Positions 51,876 through 64,000 of a stretch of 64,000 bases of DNA are shown here, piece by piece. Position 1 is the first letter of the stretch, and the number at the start of each line of letters is the position of its first letter. Below the pieces are notes generated by a model. The model searched no databases. It had not been told where the DNA came from and was given only the letters and a program-made list of their open reading frames with translations. The position numbers and the translations under genes were made by a program. The stretch is from Octopus sinensis (Eukaryota), in NCBI RefSeq assembly GCF_006345805.1, contig NC_042999.1, forward strand, positions 170,810,001-170,874,000. The letters run 5' to 3'.

Positions 51876-52166
51876 TATATATAATTAAATGTCGAACAAT
51901 GAAAACGAGTGCTCAACACCGCATTGGCACATAAAATGTCTTTATTTGTGCATTTATTGTGTGGCATTGGTTTTATGTTAAGAAGAATATGCTAATATCT
52001 TAACAATTTTTCAAGCTATCACATCGAGGAATGGTGTTCGTTTCCACTTTGGAGACGAACACTATTCCTTCATGTGGACGGCTTGAAAGCTAGCTAAAAT
52101 ATGAGGATATTCTTCTTAACATGAAACCAATGGTAGTCTTAATACACAAATATATATTTACACACA

Positions 52167-52197
<31 letters not shown>

Positions 52198-52220
52198 CAC
52201 CACACACACACACACACACA

Positions 52221-52292
<72 letters not shown>

Positions 52293-53457
52293 GCAGAGTA
52301 GTATTTCATTGGTCATGTCATATAACCAGACAGAAATTTATAATTTGTTTACACATCCATTGCCCTTGGCATTACATGCGACCCATCAGACCATCTTGCC
52401 CGGGCATATAGCCCCTTTCCTCGACGTAATTCTGAGGAAGACGTCTACGAAGTAGAGGTGATATCCAAAAGTAGCAGGAATAAGTGCAGCAACAACAACA
52501 ATTGCACCAATCAAAGGACACTCACACAGAAATATGTTGGACCAATGGTAATTCCCCTTGAAGCTAAGCTAAAAAACGACAGGTCTTCTTTTAGGACCCC
52601 GTACAGGCGTAACGTTACGCCTTGAGCAAATCATATAGTGCGATTAAACGATGATAATACCATACATAATTAATTAGAAGCTGCTGCGACATAACTCTAC
52701 CTGGTCTTTTCTGTTAGTGAACTACTGAACGATAAAACATACACAAATTGACCTTTTTCTTACATTGTACAAAAATTTGATGTCAAAATATATGATGAAT
52801 ATACGAAATTTGGCAACCAAGAGCACATACATATAAGTATGAACTATTAAGTGTTTACACATAAAATATTAATGGAGGTACGTATATATCTATATGTGCG
52901 CAGATAATTTGCATGGAATCGAATTTTAGCCTAAAGTTGTATAAAGGGTTATAATTATCCAAAAAGCGTTCCTCTGGGACTTCCTACGTTTACCGAAAAC
53001 CTCGCGTTATTTTTATCGTGATGTTATCATACCTATTTCTTTTTGTGTTTTAATCCACAATGGATACGAACACGGATGTGAATCCAGGGACTTCCCATAA
53101 CATGAAAAATGATAGCCGTACTGTATATATATGTACAATATTAAGGATTCAAATTTATCAGGTGCTTAAATGATAGGCACCAGATAGGGTCGAATTAACT
53201 TGAAAACAGTGACGCGTGACCAGTGTACCTCTTTAGAAGAGAGTGAGCTTGTATGCGGCATGAACATTTGATCACTATAATCAATTCCTTTGTGCAGATC
53301 GTTCGGCAAAAGATGAATACACATTTGACGCCTTCGACAAGATTTCATCTGAATGAAACAGTTCTAGTCCTGTAGAAGCTCCTTCTATAAAATAAATTAC
53401 TCTGCTATGTATTGAGTACCTTATTTACTGTGGTTAACCCCGACTCAACCCGGGACC

Positions 53458-53503
<46 letters not shown>

Positions 53504-53519
53504 ATATATATATACATAA

Positions 53520-54190
53520 CTTGGATTGGTTGCGGTCATTATCGGACCGGGCCTTGACTAACTCAATAGCCAATAGCTATTAAATATTATCCAGGTGTTG
53601 GTGGTTTATCCGGTATTTCCTGGAGGAATTTGTCCAGGTATCGTTTGAAAGTTGTGGGTCCTTTTCTACTTTAATTTCTTTCGGGATAACATCGAAAAGA
53701 GCAGGACCATTTGTAGTGAAGATATTGTGTCGCAATATTCTTATGTGATGTGATCTCGACCTTTGTGGGGGAGGCATTGCACGGAGGCATTGTATTGGTT
53801 GAATTATAAGCATAATACCGATATAATTTGGGTAATATTGGTGCAATATTTTCCACATGGTGCAAATAATGTATCGCTCATTCGGCGTTGCAGAGAATAT
53901 ATTTTCACCTGTTTAAGTCGAACCTAATAATCAAGTCACGTCATGGCCATTTATTTTTTTAGTGATTGATCTTTGTGACACTTCGATCGTCGTTATGTCT
54001 TGTTTTTGCAGAGGGACCACAATGGGCAGCAGTATTCAAGGTGGGGCCTATCAAATTTGAAGAAGAGAAGGATGATGGTTTCAAGATCCCTAGACTGAAA
54101 AGTTCTGAGGATCCATGAGCACATTCTGAGGGCAACTTTTTTGTTGATGTGCACACTCCAGCTAAGGTTGCTGTTGTTATCGACAGTTAC
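53520..54190 (-). mobile_element. CR1/Jockey-group LINE 3' fragment
   Basis: Minus-strand PHLEYCCPLWS and GPALFDVIPKEIK fragments plus a PDKPPTPG-like C-terminus; frameshifted. Confidence 0.7.
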
Positions 54191-54198
54191 ACCTGAGT

Positions 54199-54254
<56 letters not shown>

Positions 54255-54502
54255 AGTAGTTGAATGAATTATCTTATTAAGGATAATTCGAAAGATAACC
54301 GATACCTGGGTAGCAAATTCACATCAGAAAGAACACGGTTTAAGTTACGTCCCTAGGGCATAGACTATGTGTTATCGTGCGGAAATTTGTATGTTTATTT
54401 TAAAATTATAAGTATATGAAAGAATGGAGTTCTCATTATCGCCATGGGCTCCTTGAGAGCAGTCAGCTAAAAGTTTTTTGTGCATTTTGATGTCGACATA
54501 AG

Positions 54503-54602
54503 TTCCTTGCCTTTCCTGATGAGAAATCTGCATAATGTACCCCTTATTCCTTCGGAATTAGGAATATGCAGCCTTCGAAACATTATGTCGAAAATAAAGG
54601 AA
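54503..54602 (+). ncRNA. Type I hammerhead ribozyme motif with complete catalytic core
   Basis: TTTC-CTGATGA-GAA..CTGCATA..TTCCT/AGGAA..TATGCAG..TTC-GAAA-CAT-T-ATGT-C-GAAA. All core positions are present, the cleavage triplet is GUC, and helix I is extended by TTCCTT/AAGGAA. Confidence 0.78.
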
Positions 54603-54632
54603 ATTTGTTAACAAGTCGTTCAACTCCATTCT

Positions 54633-54697
<65 letters not shown>

Positions 54698-54896
54698 ATA
54701 GTAAATAGGGTAATAAAAAATAAATTATTATTACCAGTGACCCAGCACAAAAGACGAATTAGTCATTAGACTATATATTATTCATATAGAAATACAGTAA
54801 AAGGCTTCCAAATAAGGAAGCGCTGTGCTAGACACACAAAAAGAGATAAATTCATGAAAGGAATGAAAATTAAAAACATTTACCAGCTCAGTTAAT

Positions 54897-54970
54897 CCTA
54901 TACCGACGGTTTCATCTATTTTTAGCAAATAAATAGAATTTGTCTGCCAAGGCAAGAATCATCAGTAGGA
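54897..54970 (-). ncRNA. Candidate degenerate hammerhead motif
   Basis: Minus strand TCCTA-CTGATGA-...-GAAA-CCGT-C-GGTA-TAGG; helix I pairs only after a 4-nt bulge. Confidence 0.35.
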
Positions 54971-55091
54971 AGCCTTCGTAATCCTAGATGTACAGACCGT
55001 TAGAAGCATGTGCAAATCTAACGATTTGCATACCCTAACTTTTCAATCCAGTGCGCAGACGCAAATCATACTCGGCGACAGAGAGGATGCC

Positions 55092-55135
<44 letters not shown>

Positions 55136-55678
55136 CACGCGCACATACACACGCACACACAAACATACACACATATATAAGCGTACATTCATGGTTATAT
55201 AAACACATATATAATATAAGCAGCACAGAAGTTATGAAATATCTCACATAGCTAGTTACTCTTAGTGGAGGCAGAACGAAATATCTGCCTTTAACGATTA
55301 CGCGCGCACACTTATATCCACATATTCATGAAATGAAGAACATACCAAACAACTGAGTACTCTATGATGTTTTCCTTCATAATTATACGGAGAATTATAT
55401 TTAAACTTACCCAAAAAGCTGAGTACGTTCACGCACATACAAATAAGCGCAGTCACACACATACACGCGCTTACACAGACACAAACACACACACAGGCTC
55501 TCACACACATAGATACACGCATACAAAATCATACATGTATATGTATATAATCCTAATTTTCAGAAGAATATGATAAACCACTTAGAATAAAACAGAATCT
55601 TAGGACTGAGTGACATTATGCATTGCTAATTCTGTTCGTTCGAAAGAATGCCTCTTTGGGGACTTATTGTCATCATAA

Positions 55679-55679
<1 letters not shown>

Positions 55680-55715
<36 letters not shown>

Positions 55716-55890
55716 ATTCACACACACACACACACACGTATTCACACACACACACACACACACGTATTCACACACACACACACACACACACACGTATTCA
55801 CACACACACACACACGTATTCACATACACACACACACACACACCACGTATTCACACACACACACACACACGTATTCACACACACACACAC
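55680..55890. repeat. (CA)n-derived minisatellite, unit (CA)n-CGTATT, about 7 copies
   Basis: CGTATT recurs between CA runs of variable length. Confidence 0.9.
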
Positions 55891-56989
55891 GCGCACTGTT
55901 GTGTGCGAGTCTACTCCTGCACATCTGTGTCTTTGGTAGATCGTGTGTATGCGTAGCTTTGGAAGGTACCTGCCTATCTATAGACAAAAAAAACGTACAA
56001 ACGCACACAAGCACACACACATGCCCGCACTCACACACGAATATACAATACATATGTACATGCACACACATCTATATCGTTGCCTGAAAGACATGTATGA
56101 GGATTAATTTTCTTATGTTTCAACATTTAGATATGTCTGTAAATCCAAAACCATGAATATTTATGTAATGATACATTTAATATTTATGTGTGAATCGACG
56201 CGCTTAGAAATATGTCCGTGTGACAGGACGTATACTTTCTTAAGCAGAGAATTATGAGATGGCCAATAAGGAATTTAAAATATCACTGCAGAAAGTTATT
56301 CGATTACCTAAATGAATGCTAATAAGGTAACAGACAGTGGAAATAGTAATACGGCTAACAGTATTCTCTAATAGTAGCAGTCCAGGGAATTGTAGATCTA
56401 ATTCCAGAATTCAAATGGAAACATTACAATCCGAATCATTATTAGAATTTCTTTGAAGATATAAATGGGATTGGTGGCCATAAAGAGTAATTATCTGGAA
56501 TTAGAACCGAAATATGAAGCATTTCATACACTAAGCTAATCCTTTTTGTGAATCATAATTACAAATGTGGCCTATTGTTTATCTTCAGTTTCTGTAGCGT
56601 CAAGTGATTAGATAAATCCGACTCCCTTACAGGAAATGATGTTTGTCTGCGGCTTTTCAAACGAGAGAAATTGTGTATAGCATTGAAGCTCCCGGATCAA
56701 TCGTTATCTTGCTGCCGATGACTTCAACGGTTAGTTGTAGCCACCAGTTTACTATTCAACGGAGTGAGTTGAGAATTTAACGTACTGGTTACGTAAAAAT
56801 GAAAAATGAATTGTCTGAAACAGGATATTCGACGCTCACGTCTCAATTAAACAGATGTTACTCAATTACTTAGACAATCCACGATCTGAACATTTCATAT
56901 CTATCGCATTAATTAGTAATTATTTATTCATTGATTGGCCTAAGAGACTCTGTTGACCACATATGTATGAACAATAACTATGACGTATC

Positions 56990-57035
<46 letters not shown>

Positions 57036-57599
57036 CTCACACATACATACACACATACACACACATACATACACACACATACACACACACATGCAGAAGC
57101 ACAAATTCTAGCATCTGGTTATGTGCTGGTGCCGTATTGTTAGTTATAACCCTAAGTTCAGCGACTCAACAAGACAAGTTCTTTTCGCATTCGAAGAATT
57201 TCATACTTACTATCAGGAACTCTGATATTAAAATAGATTCCTTCAGCCTTGCCGAATTTCGAGATTCTGATTGCACAGAAAACTTTGTATGTTAGTAAGG
57301 GAAATATATTTGGTGTTTAATGTTTCAAGATAGTTTGTATACATACATAAGACCGTTTTCGTTTTTTGCTAGTGTATCTACAATTCATTTCACTGATGTT
57401 ATTTTGATATTATATCCATTCTTATGCTTTATCGAATGGCTTCTCTTATATTATAAGCAATTCCTCATCATAGCTTTGTCCCATCTATGAAAGCTATACT
57501 ATTTTTAATGAATGGACTGTCAATGTTAATAAAAATTAATGCATCAACCTTTAAATTATCGTATTTGGAAAATATGTGTTACATTTATTTTCTGCATTT

Positions 57600-57918
57600 G
57601 TAATTTAGTTAGTTAGTTAGTTAATTTGGCTCAAAAGCAAATAGCAAGGCCATGTAGGGGGACATGGAGTTAAGTACAGGGTGGTGTTCATGTAAAGAGT
57701 TCAGGCCACTTGAGGTCCAGGGAGGCTTTGAACAAAGCGGTCGTCGGCATCTTCACCATCTCGTCTGGCAGCTTGTTCCACGGATCCGCAACCCGGACGG
57801 AGAAAGCTCCTCTCCTTCGATTGAGATGAAATCGTCGCAGGTAGAGCTTTTCGGAATGACCCCGCAGCCGACGCTCTGGAGCAGGAGTGAAGAACAGCTC
57901 ATCTATGGATGAAGACAA
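57600..57918 (-). mobile_element. CR1-type LINE extreme 3' end with (TAAC)n tail
   Basis: RLRGHSEKLYLRRFHLNRRRGAFSVRVADPWNKLPDEMV...FKASLD; (TTAG)n at 57603-57622 on the + strand. Confidence 0.8.
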
Positions 57919-59151
57919 ACAACTTTTAGACCAGACTTCACTAATAAAAGCACTATTTTTCTTTTAATTTCCAAGCTAGCCATGTAGTTGTCAACTACAA
58001 GTCACCGATAATTCTTTTCTTCGAGCATCTTTCTGTTTAGGTGAGAGGCTTTATCCCGCAATTTCTTTCGGCATTGTAACTATTTTTTTTTCTGGTAAGC
58101 AATTCGAAGTTTATTATTCTAATGGAATCCACATTTTCCTTTTCGCTTAGCCATAACTGAAGCTGACGTTGTTTTCAGGCGCTTGGGGCTAGTTCGAAAG
58201 CAATTAAGGATAAGACAAAACTTTAGCTATGTTTGATTTCGAATTTTTTATTATATGCAGATTAAATGGGATGACTTTTGCCATGTCCATTTTATTTTTT
58301 ACTATTTGGTCAAGAAAATGTTTTTTTACAACTAATTTATGTAATTTGTGATTATGATAACGTAGAGCTGTTTTTAAAGTTGCCACATTTGAGAATATAT
58401 AGGATAACATCCTAGTATATTAATTAAATCCTCAAGGATTTAATTAAGGATGGATTTTGTACATACATATATACATTTAGACAGACATAGAAACGAACAT
58501 ACACACACACACATACATTGCATATCTATGTATATAAAATACTGGACTGACTCGATTCACCTTCGAGCTGTGCGGATATTACCGGACTGACTTGGTGCTT
58601 CAGCTTAAGTACCTAATTCAGTTGAAGCTTTATTATTTCTATATATGTATATATGTATGTTTATATATATATATATACATACATACACACGCACACACAC
58701 ACACACATACACATATATATATATATATATATAAATTGCTAGCTTCTCCACTAAAGTAGAATTACTGCAATAATCTTAGTTGAGTCTTTTGAGGCTGACC
58801 TTATTGAAAATTTCCGGTGTTTGTAGGTAATATCTCTTGTTTTACTATATATTTTAAATATACATTGTTCATATATCATAAAAAATTATGAATAAAATGA
58901 ATATTCTGATGAAATGAAATTCATCATTTGCGTATATTACACCGATTTATTACATAAGTATATACCAACGGAATGTTACCTTTCTTTTGATTTTCAGCAA
59001 AGCAAGATATAAAATAGCACCGTTTATAGTAAGTTGAATATGTTCAATAGATGCTTCTTTCATTACATATATATATCTCAGTTAAATACTTGAATACAAA
59101 TTTATAATGTGCCAACGAGACAGGCAACAGACATATATATTATATATATAG

Positions 59152-59190
<39 letters not shown>

Positions 59191-59213
59191 ATATTATATA
59201 TATATATATATAT

Positions 59214-59284
<71 letters not shown>

Positions 59285-59288
59285 ATTA

Positions 59289-59319
<31 letters not shown>

Positions 59320-59322
59320 CAT

Positions 59323-59528
59323 ACTCTTCTATTCTTATCAGTTGTTTCAGCCAGTTGACTGAGGCCGTGCTGGAGCACCGCCTTGAAGTAGTTTTGTCGA
59401 ACAATTCGACCTCGCGGCTTATTTTATTCTATGAGTTTCTTTGCCGAAGTGCTAAGTTACGGGGACGGAAACAGACTGACACCGGTTGCCGAGTGACGAT
59501 GAGGGGACGAAAACAGACAAAGATGTAC

Positions 59529-59563
<35 letters not shown>

Positions 59564-59735
59564 CGCACTCACACACATATACGACAGGCTTTTTTTCAGT
59601 TTCAGTCTACTAAATCCATTCACAAAGATTTGGTCGGCCCGAAGCTATTATAGAGGACACTTGCCCAAGGTTCCAAGCACTGGGACTAAATCCGGAACCA
59701 TGTGGTTGGGAAGCAAGTTTCTTACCGCACAGCCA
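59323..59735 (-). mobile_element. tRNA-derived CORE-like SINE, most complete copy in the window
   Basis: Minus-strand head TGGCTGTGCGGTAAGAAACTTGCTTCCCAACCACATGGTTCCGGATTTAGTCCC, then CCTTGGGCAAGTGTCC (CORE-like), internal (TG)n and a 3' block shared with the 62.2-kb copy. Confidence 0.75.
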
Positions 59736-60840
59736 TATGAGTGTATGTGTGTGTGTGTGCACGCGCGCGCACGTGTGTTATACATACACTGTTTACTGTT
59801 TTTCACATAGCAAACACATTAAGGCCATCAGACGCCTGTTAGTACAACACACTAACACAGCCGTCGTGAAAGAAAGAAATTTCTATTCAGAGATTGACGA
59901 CTTTAAAATTTTTAGACAGGATGTTGTACGATATTTTCTCCGGCATTCTACTTTCTTACGTTGATAACGTTACAGCACATTTGCACACAACTTTGTCGCC
60001 GCAGCAATTGTCATATAAAACTTTAATAGAATGGAGGTCAGAGTTTCACTATTATCCTCCTACATATGGCCTTGTCGGACCCTGTACCCTGGATATTTTT
60101 ACTTTTCGAGTTCTTAGACCTCGACTGTGCTGGGCGCTGTTGTTCACTGAACAGGAGATGGGGAACCGAAAAAATCGAACTGGGTGCTTACGTTAAGTCT
60201 GCTGCTTATTCTAACACTCCCATTTTGCAGATCCACGAAATTACAACGACATAAAGTAACACGCAGATAATGAGTATGTATCTTTTATATTTTAATTATT
60301 ATTGATCTTCCACCGAGGAGGGAGCCTGTTTCCAATAAATATACAAGGCTCCATCTTTGGGATGTAGTTAACAGAAAAATTCATATTTGGAACTTGAGAA
60401 AAGTCTTGCATATTTTTACTGTTCCACTCACAAATTGCACTTGTAATGTACAAATTAGCCGGTCGATTTCTCTTTCTGAAAATCATAATTCAGATAGATG
60501 GTTAGTTACAACACAATCAAATTTCCAGTCTTTGATTTTCAAAACTTGCATATACAGAATACAGAGAGTATTGAGAGTACTTATTTTCAGCATATTGCTC
60601 TCTTCACATCAATTAAAAGTTTAAAAAAAAAATTCTTTGAGATAGTACATAGCAAACAGAATGTTAAGACATTCTGTAAAAAGAACTAGAGTCATACGTG
60701 GAAAACAGAACGAATTAGAAACTGTAGCAAAAATTGTTTGCCAACATAACATGGCAGTCCTGTTTTAGGATATGATCTGTGTCCTTATACTTTCGACGAA
60801 AGGAATCAAACACCCACTCCCCACTCAGCTCAAATCAATA

Positions 60841-60885
60841 TCTGTGTATCGTGATATCTGGGTTAATTCCCTTCATCAGCGCAAA
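60841..60885 (-). ncRNA. Degenerate hammerhead motif (GAAA mutated to GATA)
   Basis: TTTGCG-CTGATGA-AGGG-AATTAA-CCCA-GATA-TCACGAT-A-CACAGA. Confidence 0.4.
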
Positions 60886-61074
60886 TAATTGTTCGGCTAG
60901 AGGTGGCGCTACCAAATTCCCGTTCGAAATATATAGTTTTGAAAGTACTGTTGTTGAATATCTCACGTTGTGAGATTAAAAAGTAGTAATTTTCTAATTT
61001 ATAAATAAATGACAAGTTGTCACTTTGAAAACTATATATTTCGAACGGGAATTTGGCAGCGCCATCTCTAGCAG

Positions 61075-61135
61075 AACAATTATTCTGTTCTGATGAAGGG
61101 AAATAACCTAGAAATCGTGATACACAGATATTGTT
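61075..61135 (+). ncRNA. Minimal type I hammerhead motif
   Basis: AACAAT..TCTGTT-CTGATGA-AGG-GAAATAA-CCT-A-GAAA-TCGTGAT-A-CACAGA-T-ATTGTT; the core is intact, with one mismatch at the base of helix I. Confidence 0.55.
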
Positions 61136-61528
61136 TTGAGCTGAGTCGGGTTGCTAGATTCCCTTGTTCGAAAGTATAAGGACACAAATCGTGTCGTATA
61201 GCCAGCTGGAGACGATGTCTCCTGAATTAGAAATTGTACCACCCTTTTAAAGGTTGCATGATTTTTAGCACTTAGTATTCGGATGGAATTTGAAACCTCT
61301 GACGGAAATGCTTCAACTGTATCAAAGAAAGTGAAAGAGAGAGAGGGGGAAATAAATAGATAGATACAGAGAAAGAGAGAGAGAGGGGGAAATAGATAGA
61401 TAGAGACAGAGAAAGAGAGAGAGAGGGCGAGTGCAAACCACAATTTAAACGTTCGAACATAACTTTAAATATTTCTTTTTCTTTCGCTATAACTTTATAT
61501 ATTTCTTTTTCTTTCTTCCCTTCATTCC

Positions 61529-61563
<35 letters not shown>

Positions 61564-62214
61564 CCCTTCAAACATATTTGTATATATATACATATACCAA
61601 CGTACATCGGTGCACACATCTATACAAACACCAGTTATGCCTACACACATACAAGTAAAGATTTCTCTACAGGTCGTAGTGTAAGCTAACTTACATACCT
61701 ATATAAATACATGGAGCTTGTTACATTTTGCGGCATTTGTATATTAATGTTGACGACAATATCAAGAAACAGTAATGGTAAACTTCAACGATAAACAATG
61801 ATAATGATAATTAACAATAACAATAATAACTACAATGTCGTTGGTGGTTATAACGATCTTTAAAAATGTTCTACTTGAGATGTAATGTTAAAAGATAATA
61901 GACAAAAATGATAATTTAGATGGGAAATTAAAGGAAGATATAAGCAATAGAAACAACATGACAATGTTGACGTCATAACAATAATAGAGATATGATGTAG
62001 AGATTGTGCAGTAAATGGGATAGTGTAATTGCAAAAGAAAAGATACGATTTGCTCATAGAGCTTAGAGAATCACAGGGAGATTATTCACTATGTCTGTAG
62101 GGTAGTGCGGGTGATTAAGCTTGATGTTGAGATACACACACGTGTGTGAGCGTGTGTGTGCGTACAAAGATACAGACACAAACAGATACGCACACACACG
62201 CGCGCACACACATT

Positions 62215-62440
62215 CTTTTCTTTTATTCTTTTACTTGTTTCACTCATTTGACTGCGGACATGCTGGATCACCGCCTTGAAGGGTTTTAGTCAAACAAATC
62301 GCCTCCAAAACTTTTGTTTAAAAGCCGAGTACTTATTCTAACGGTCTTCTGCCGGACCGCTAAGTTACGGTGACTTAAAAACATCACACCGATTGTCAAG
62401 CGGTGATGTGGAGACAAACACAGACACAAAGACATACACA
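62215..62440 (-). mobile_element. 3' half of the CORE-like SINE
   Basis: TTGACTGCGGACATGCTGGATCACCGCCTTGAAG and CCGCTAAGTTACGG match 59355-59465. Confidence 0.7.
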
Positions 62441-62473
62441 CATAGATATATACATGCATACACATACACACAC

Positions 62474-62585
<112 letters not shown>

Positions 62586-62599
62586 ATATAATAATGAAC

Positions 62600-63898
62600 T
62601 TATTGTATACGTGCTCAGGTGCACCACAATTTGTAGAAAGTGCATATAAAGTACATGCAGTAATGTAGAAATGTCTGGAAAGCGAACAATGTATGAGTAA
62701 GATACATGCTTGTGTGTGTATGGAGGGGAGAAAATCAAGTGTAGTGTTGGCGAATCTCAGGAAGCATGGAAGTCTTGAAGGATGCAGTGCTCCGACAACT
62801 AACAACCGATGCCGGCAGTTTGTTCCATGCTTCAGCAACTCTCAGCGTGAAAAAATGTTTCCTGAAGTCATGGGAGCTGTGCTGTTTTCTTACTTTGTAA
62901 ATATGTCCACGGGTGTTAGATGGGTGGAGTTTGAAGAGGTGCTCAGAGTTATTGTTTGTGCGATGGTTGATAATATTATGGGTGTCTGCCAAGTCAGCTG
63001 CCAGACGTCGGAGTTTCAATGTGTCCATGCCCAGGGAAGTAAGGCGTTCAGGATATGGCAAATGCCTGATGGAGGGTATTCTTTTGGTTGTACGTCGCTG
63101 AACAGCTTCCAGACGATTGATGTCCTGGGCAAGATAGGGGTTCCAGACCGGTGATGCAAATTCCAGGTGAGGTCTTACCATAGCTATATAAAGCCGCAGA
63201 TAGATAGCCGGAGAGCGGCTCACAAAGGATTTGGTGAGTGATGCCAAGACACCCTCAGCCTTCTTGACAATTTTAGCGATGTGTTTTGTCCAACGCAAAT
63301 CACTGTCGACAATACACCCAGGTCACGTTCACATGAAGACTTTTTGAGACTAGTGTTGTGGAGGGAGTAGGTGGACGCTGGGTTTCTCCTCCCAAAATGC
63401 ATGGTGGTACATTTGTCCACAGCCAGCTTGAGTTGCCAGTCCATGATCCACCGCTGCATTGTGTCCAGGTCTGCTTGCAATAGAGATCTATAGTGTACAG
63501 GATTTGACCTCTTTATTTCGAGGTACAGCTTGATGTCATCTGCATATTTCAGCACTGTGGCATTCTTTAAGTTGGCATCTATGTCATTAACATATGCAAC
63601 AAATAAAAGGGTGCCAAGAACAGATCCCTGTGGTACACCAGATGTCATCTCATAGAACTGTGACAACCTCTTTTCGGCTGAAAATAAAAGACTTTAACCA
63701 GTTATAGAGTTCGTCTCTTACACCCAATGCAGAAAGCTTCACCATAAGTCTTTTGTGTGGCACAGAGTTAAAAGCCTTAGCAAAGTCCAGGTAAACAACA
63801 TCCACCCAGGATCCGCGATCAGTGATTTGGGTAACGTCCTCAAGAAACTCGATGAGTTGATTACAGCAGCTGGAGTTAGGAATAAATCCGAATTGTGA
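62600..63898 (-). mobile_element. CR1-type LINE, 5'-truncated RT/C-terminal region with two frame disruptions
   Basis: VYLDFAKAFNSVPH, SGVPQGSVLG, YADDIKL, RPHLEFASPVWNP and FFTLRVAEAWNKLP across ORFs 63650-63901, 63220-63666 and 62735-63298. Confidence 0.92.
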
Positions 63899-64000
63899 CA
63901 TATATACATATATACATATGTATGTATATATCTGTATATGTCTGTCTGTCTATCTATCTATCTATCTATCTATCTATCATCTATCTATCTATCTATCTAT

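Larger units (their letters stand above)
60774..61190. mobile_element. Second fold-back element (about 170-bp inverted arms, 75-bp spacer) with HHR motifs
   Basis: Arms 60774-60946 and 61022-61190 are reverse-complementary but more diverged than the 31-kb pair; both contain CTGATGAAGGG. Confidence 0.75.

Noticed and set aside
52425-52495. CTGAGGA followed by a TCTAC/GTAGA hairpin
   Set aside because: GAAA and helix III are missing; at best a fully decayed motif.
54255-54310. 10-bp hairpin followed by GAAA, 250 bp upstream of the 54.5-kb HHR (possible tandem retrozyme)
   Set aside because: The 5' core is not CUGANGA, helix III is absent, and the flanks are not repeats of the 54.5-kb unit.

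Overview
This is AT-rich, microsatellite-dense eukaryotic DNA, most likely from a cephalopod (Octopus-like). That assignment is an inference from base composition and from SINE families I recognise from memory. No host protein-coding gene, tRNA gene, rRNA gene or CRISPR array can be supported. The window is almost entirely mobile DNA. (1) From about 10.5 to 25.1 kb there is a nest of R4/Dong-type non-LTR retrotransposons (RT + CCHC + restriction-like endonuclease). They sit in (AAT)n tracts in one polarity and include a young 644-aa uninterrupted but 5'-truncated ORF and a recombinant tandem array. One related lineage sits in (TACA)n instead. (2) Degenerate CR1/Jockey-group LINEs, a dead mariner, a piggyBac-type MITE and two tRNA-derived SINE families. 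(3) Penelope-like remnants and several type I hammerhead ribozyme (HHR) motifs. Two unrelated fold-back elements (31.1-32.0 kb and 60.8-61.2 kb) each carry an HHR in both outward-pointing arms. A solitary HHR with a complete catalytic core lies at 54.5 kb. All alignments and folds were done by eye, so element boundaries are approximate to about 10 bp and family names are motif-based.
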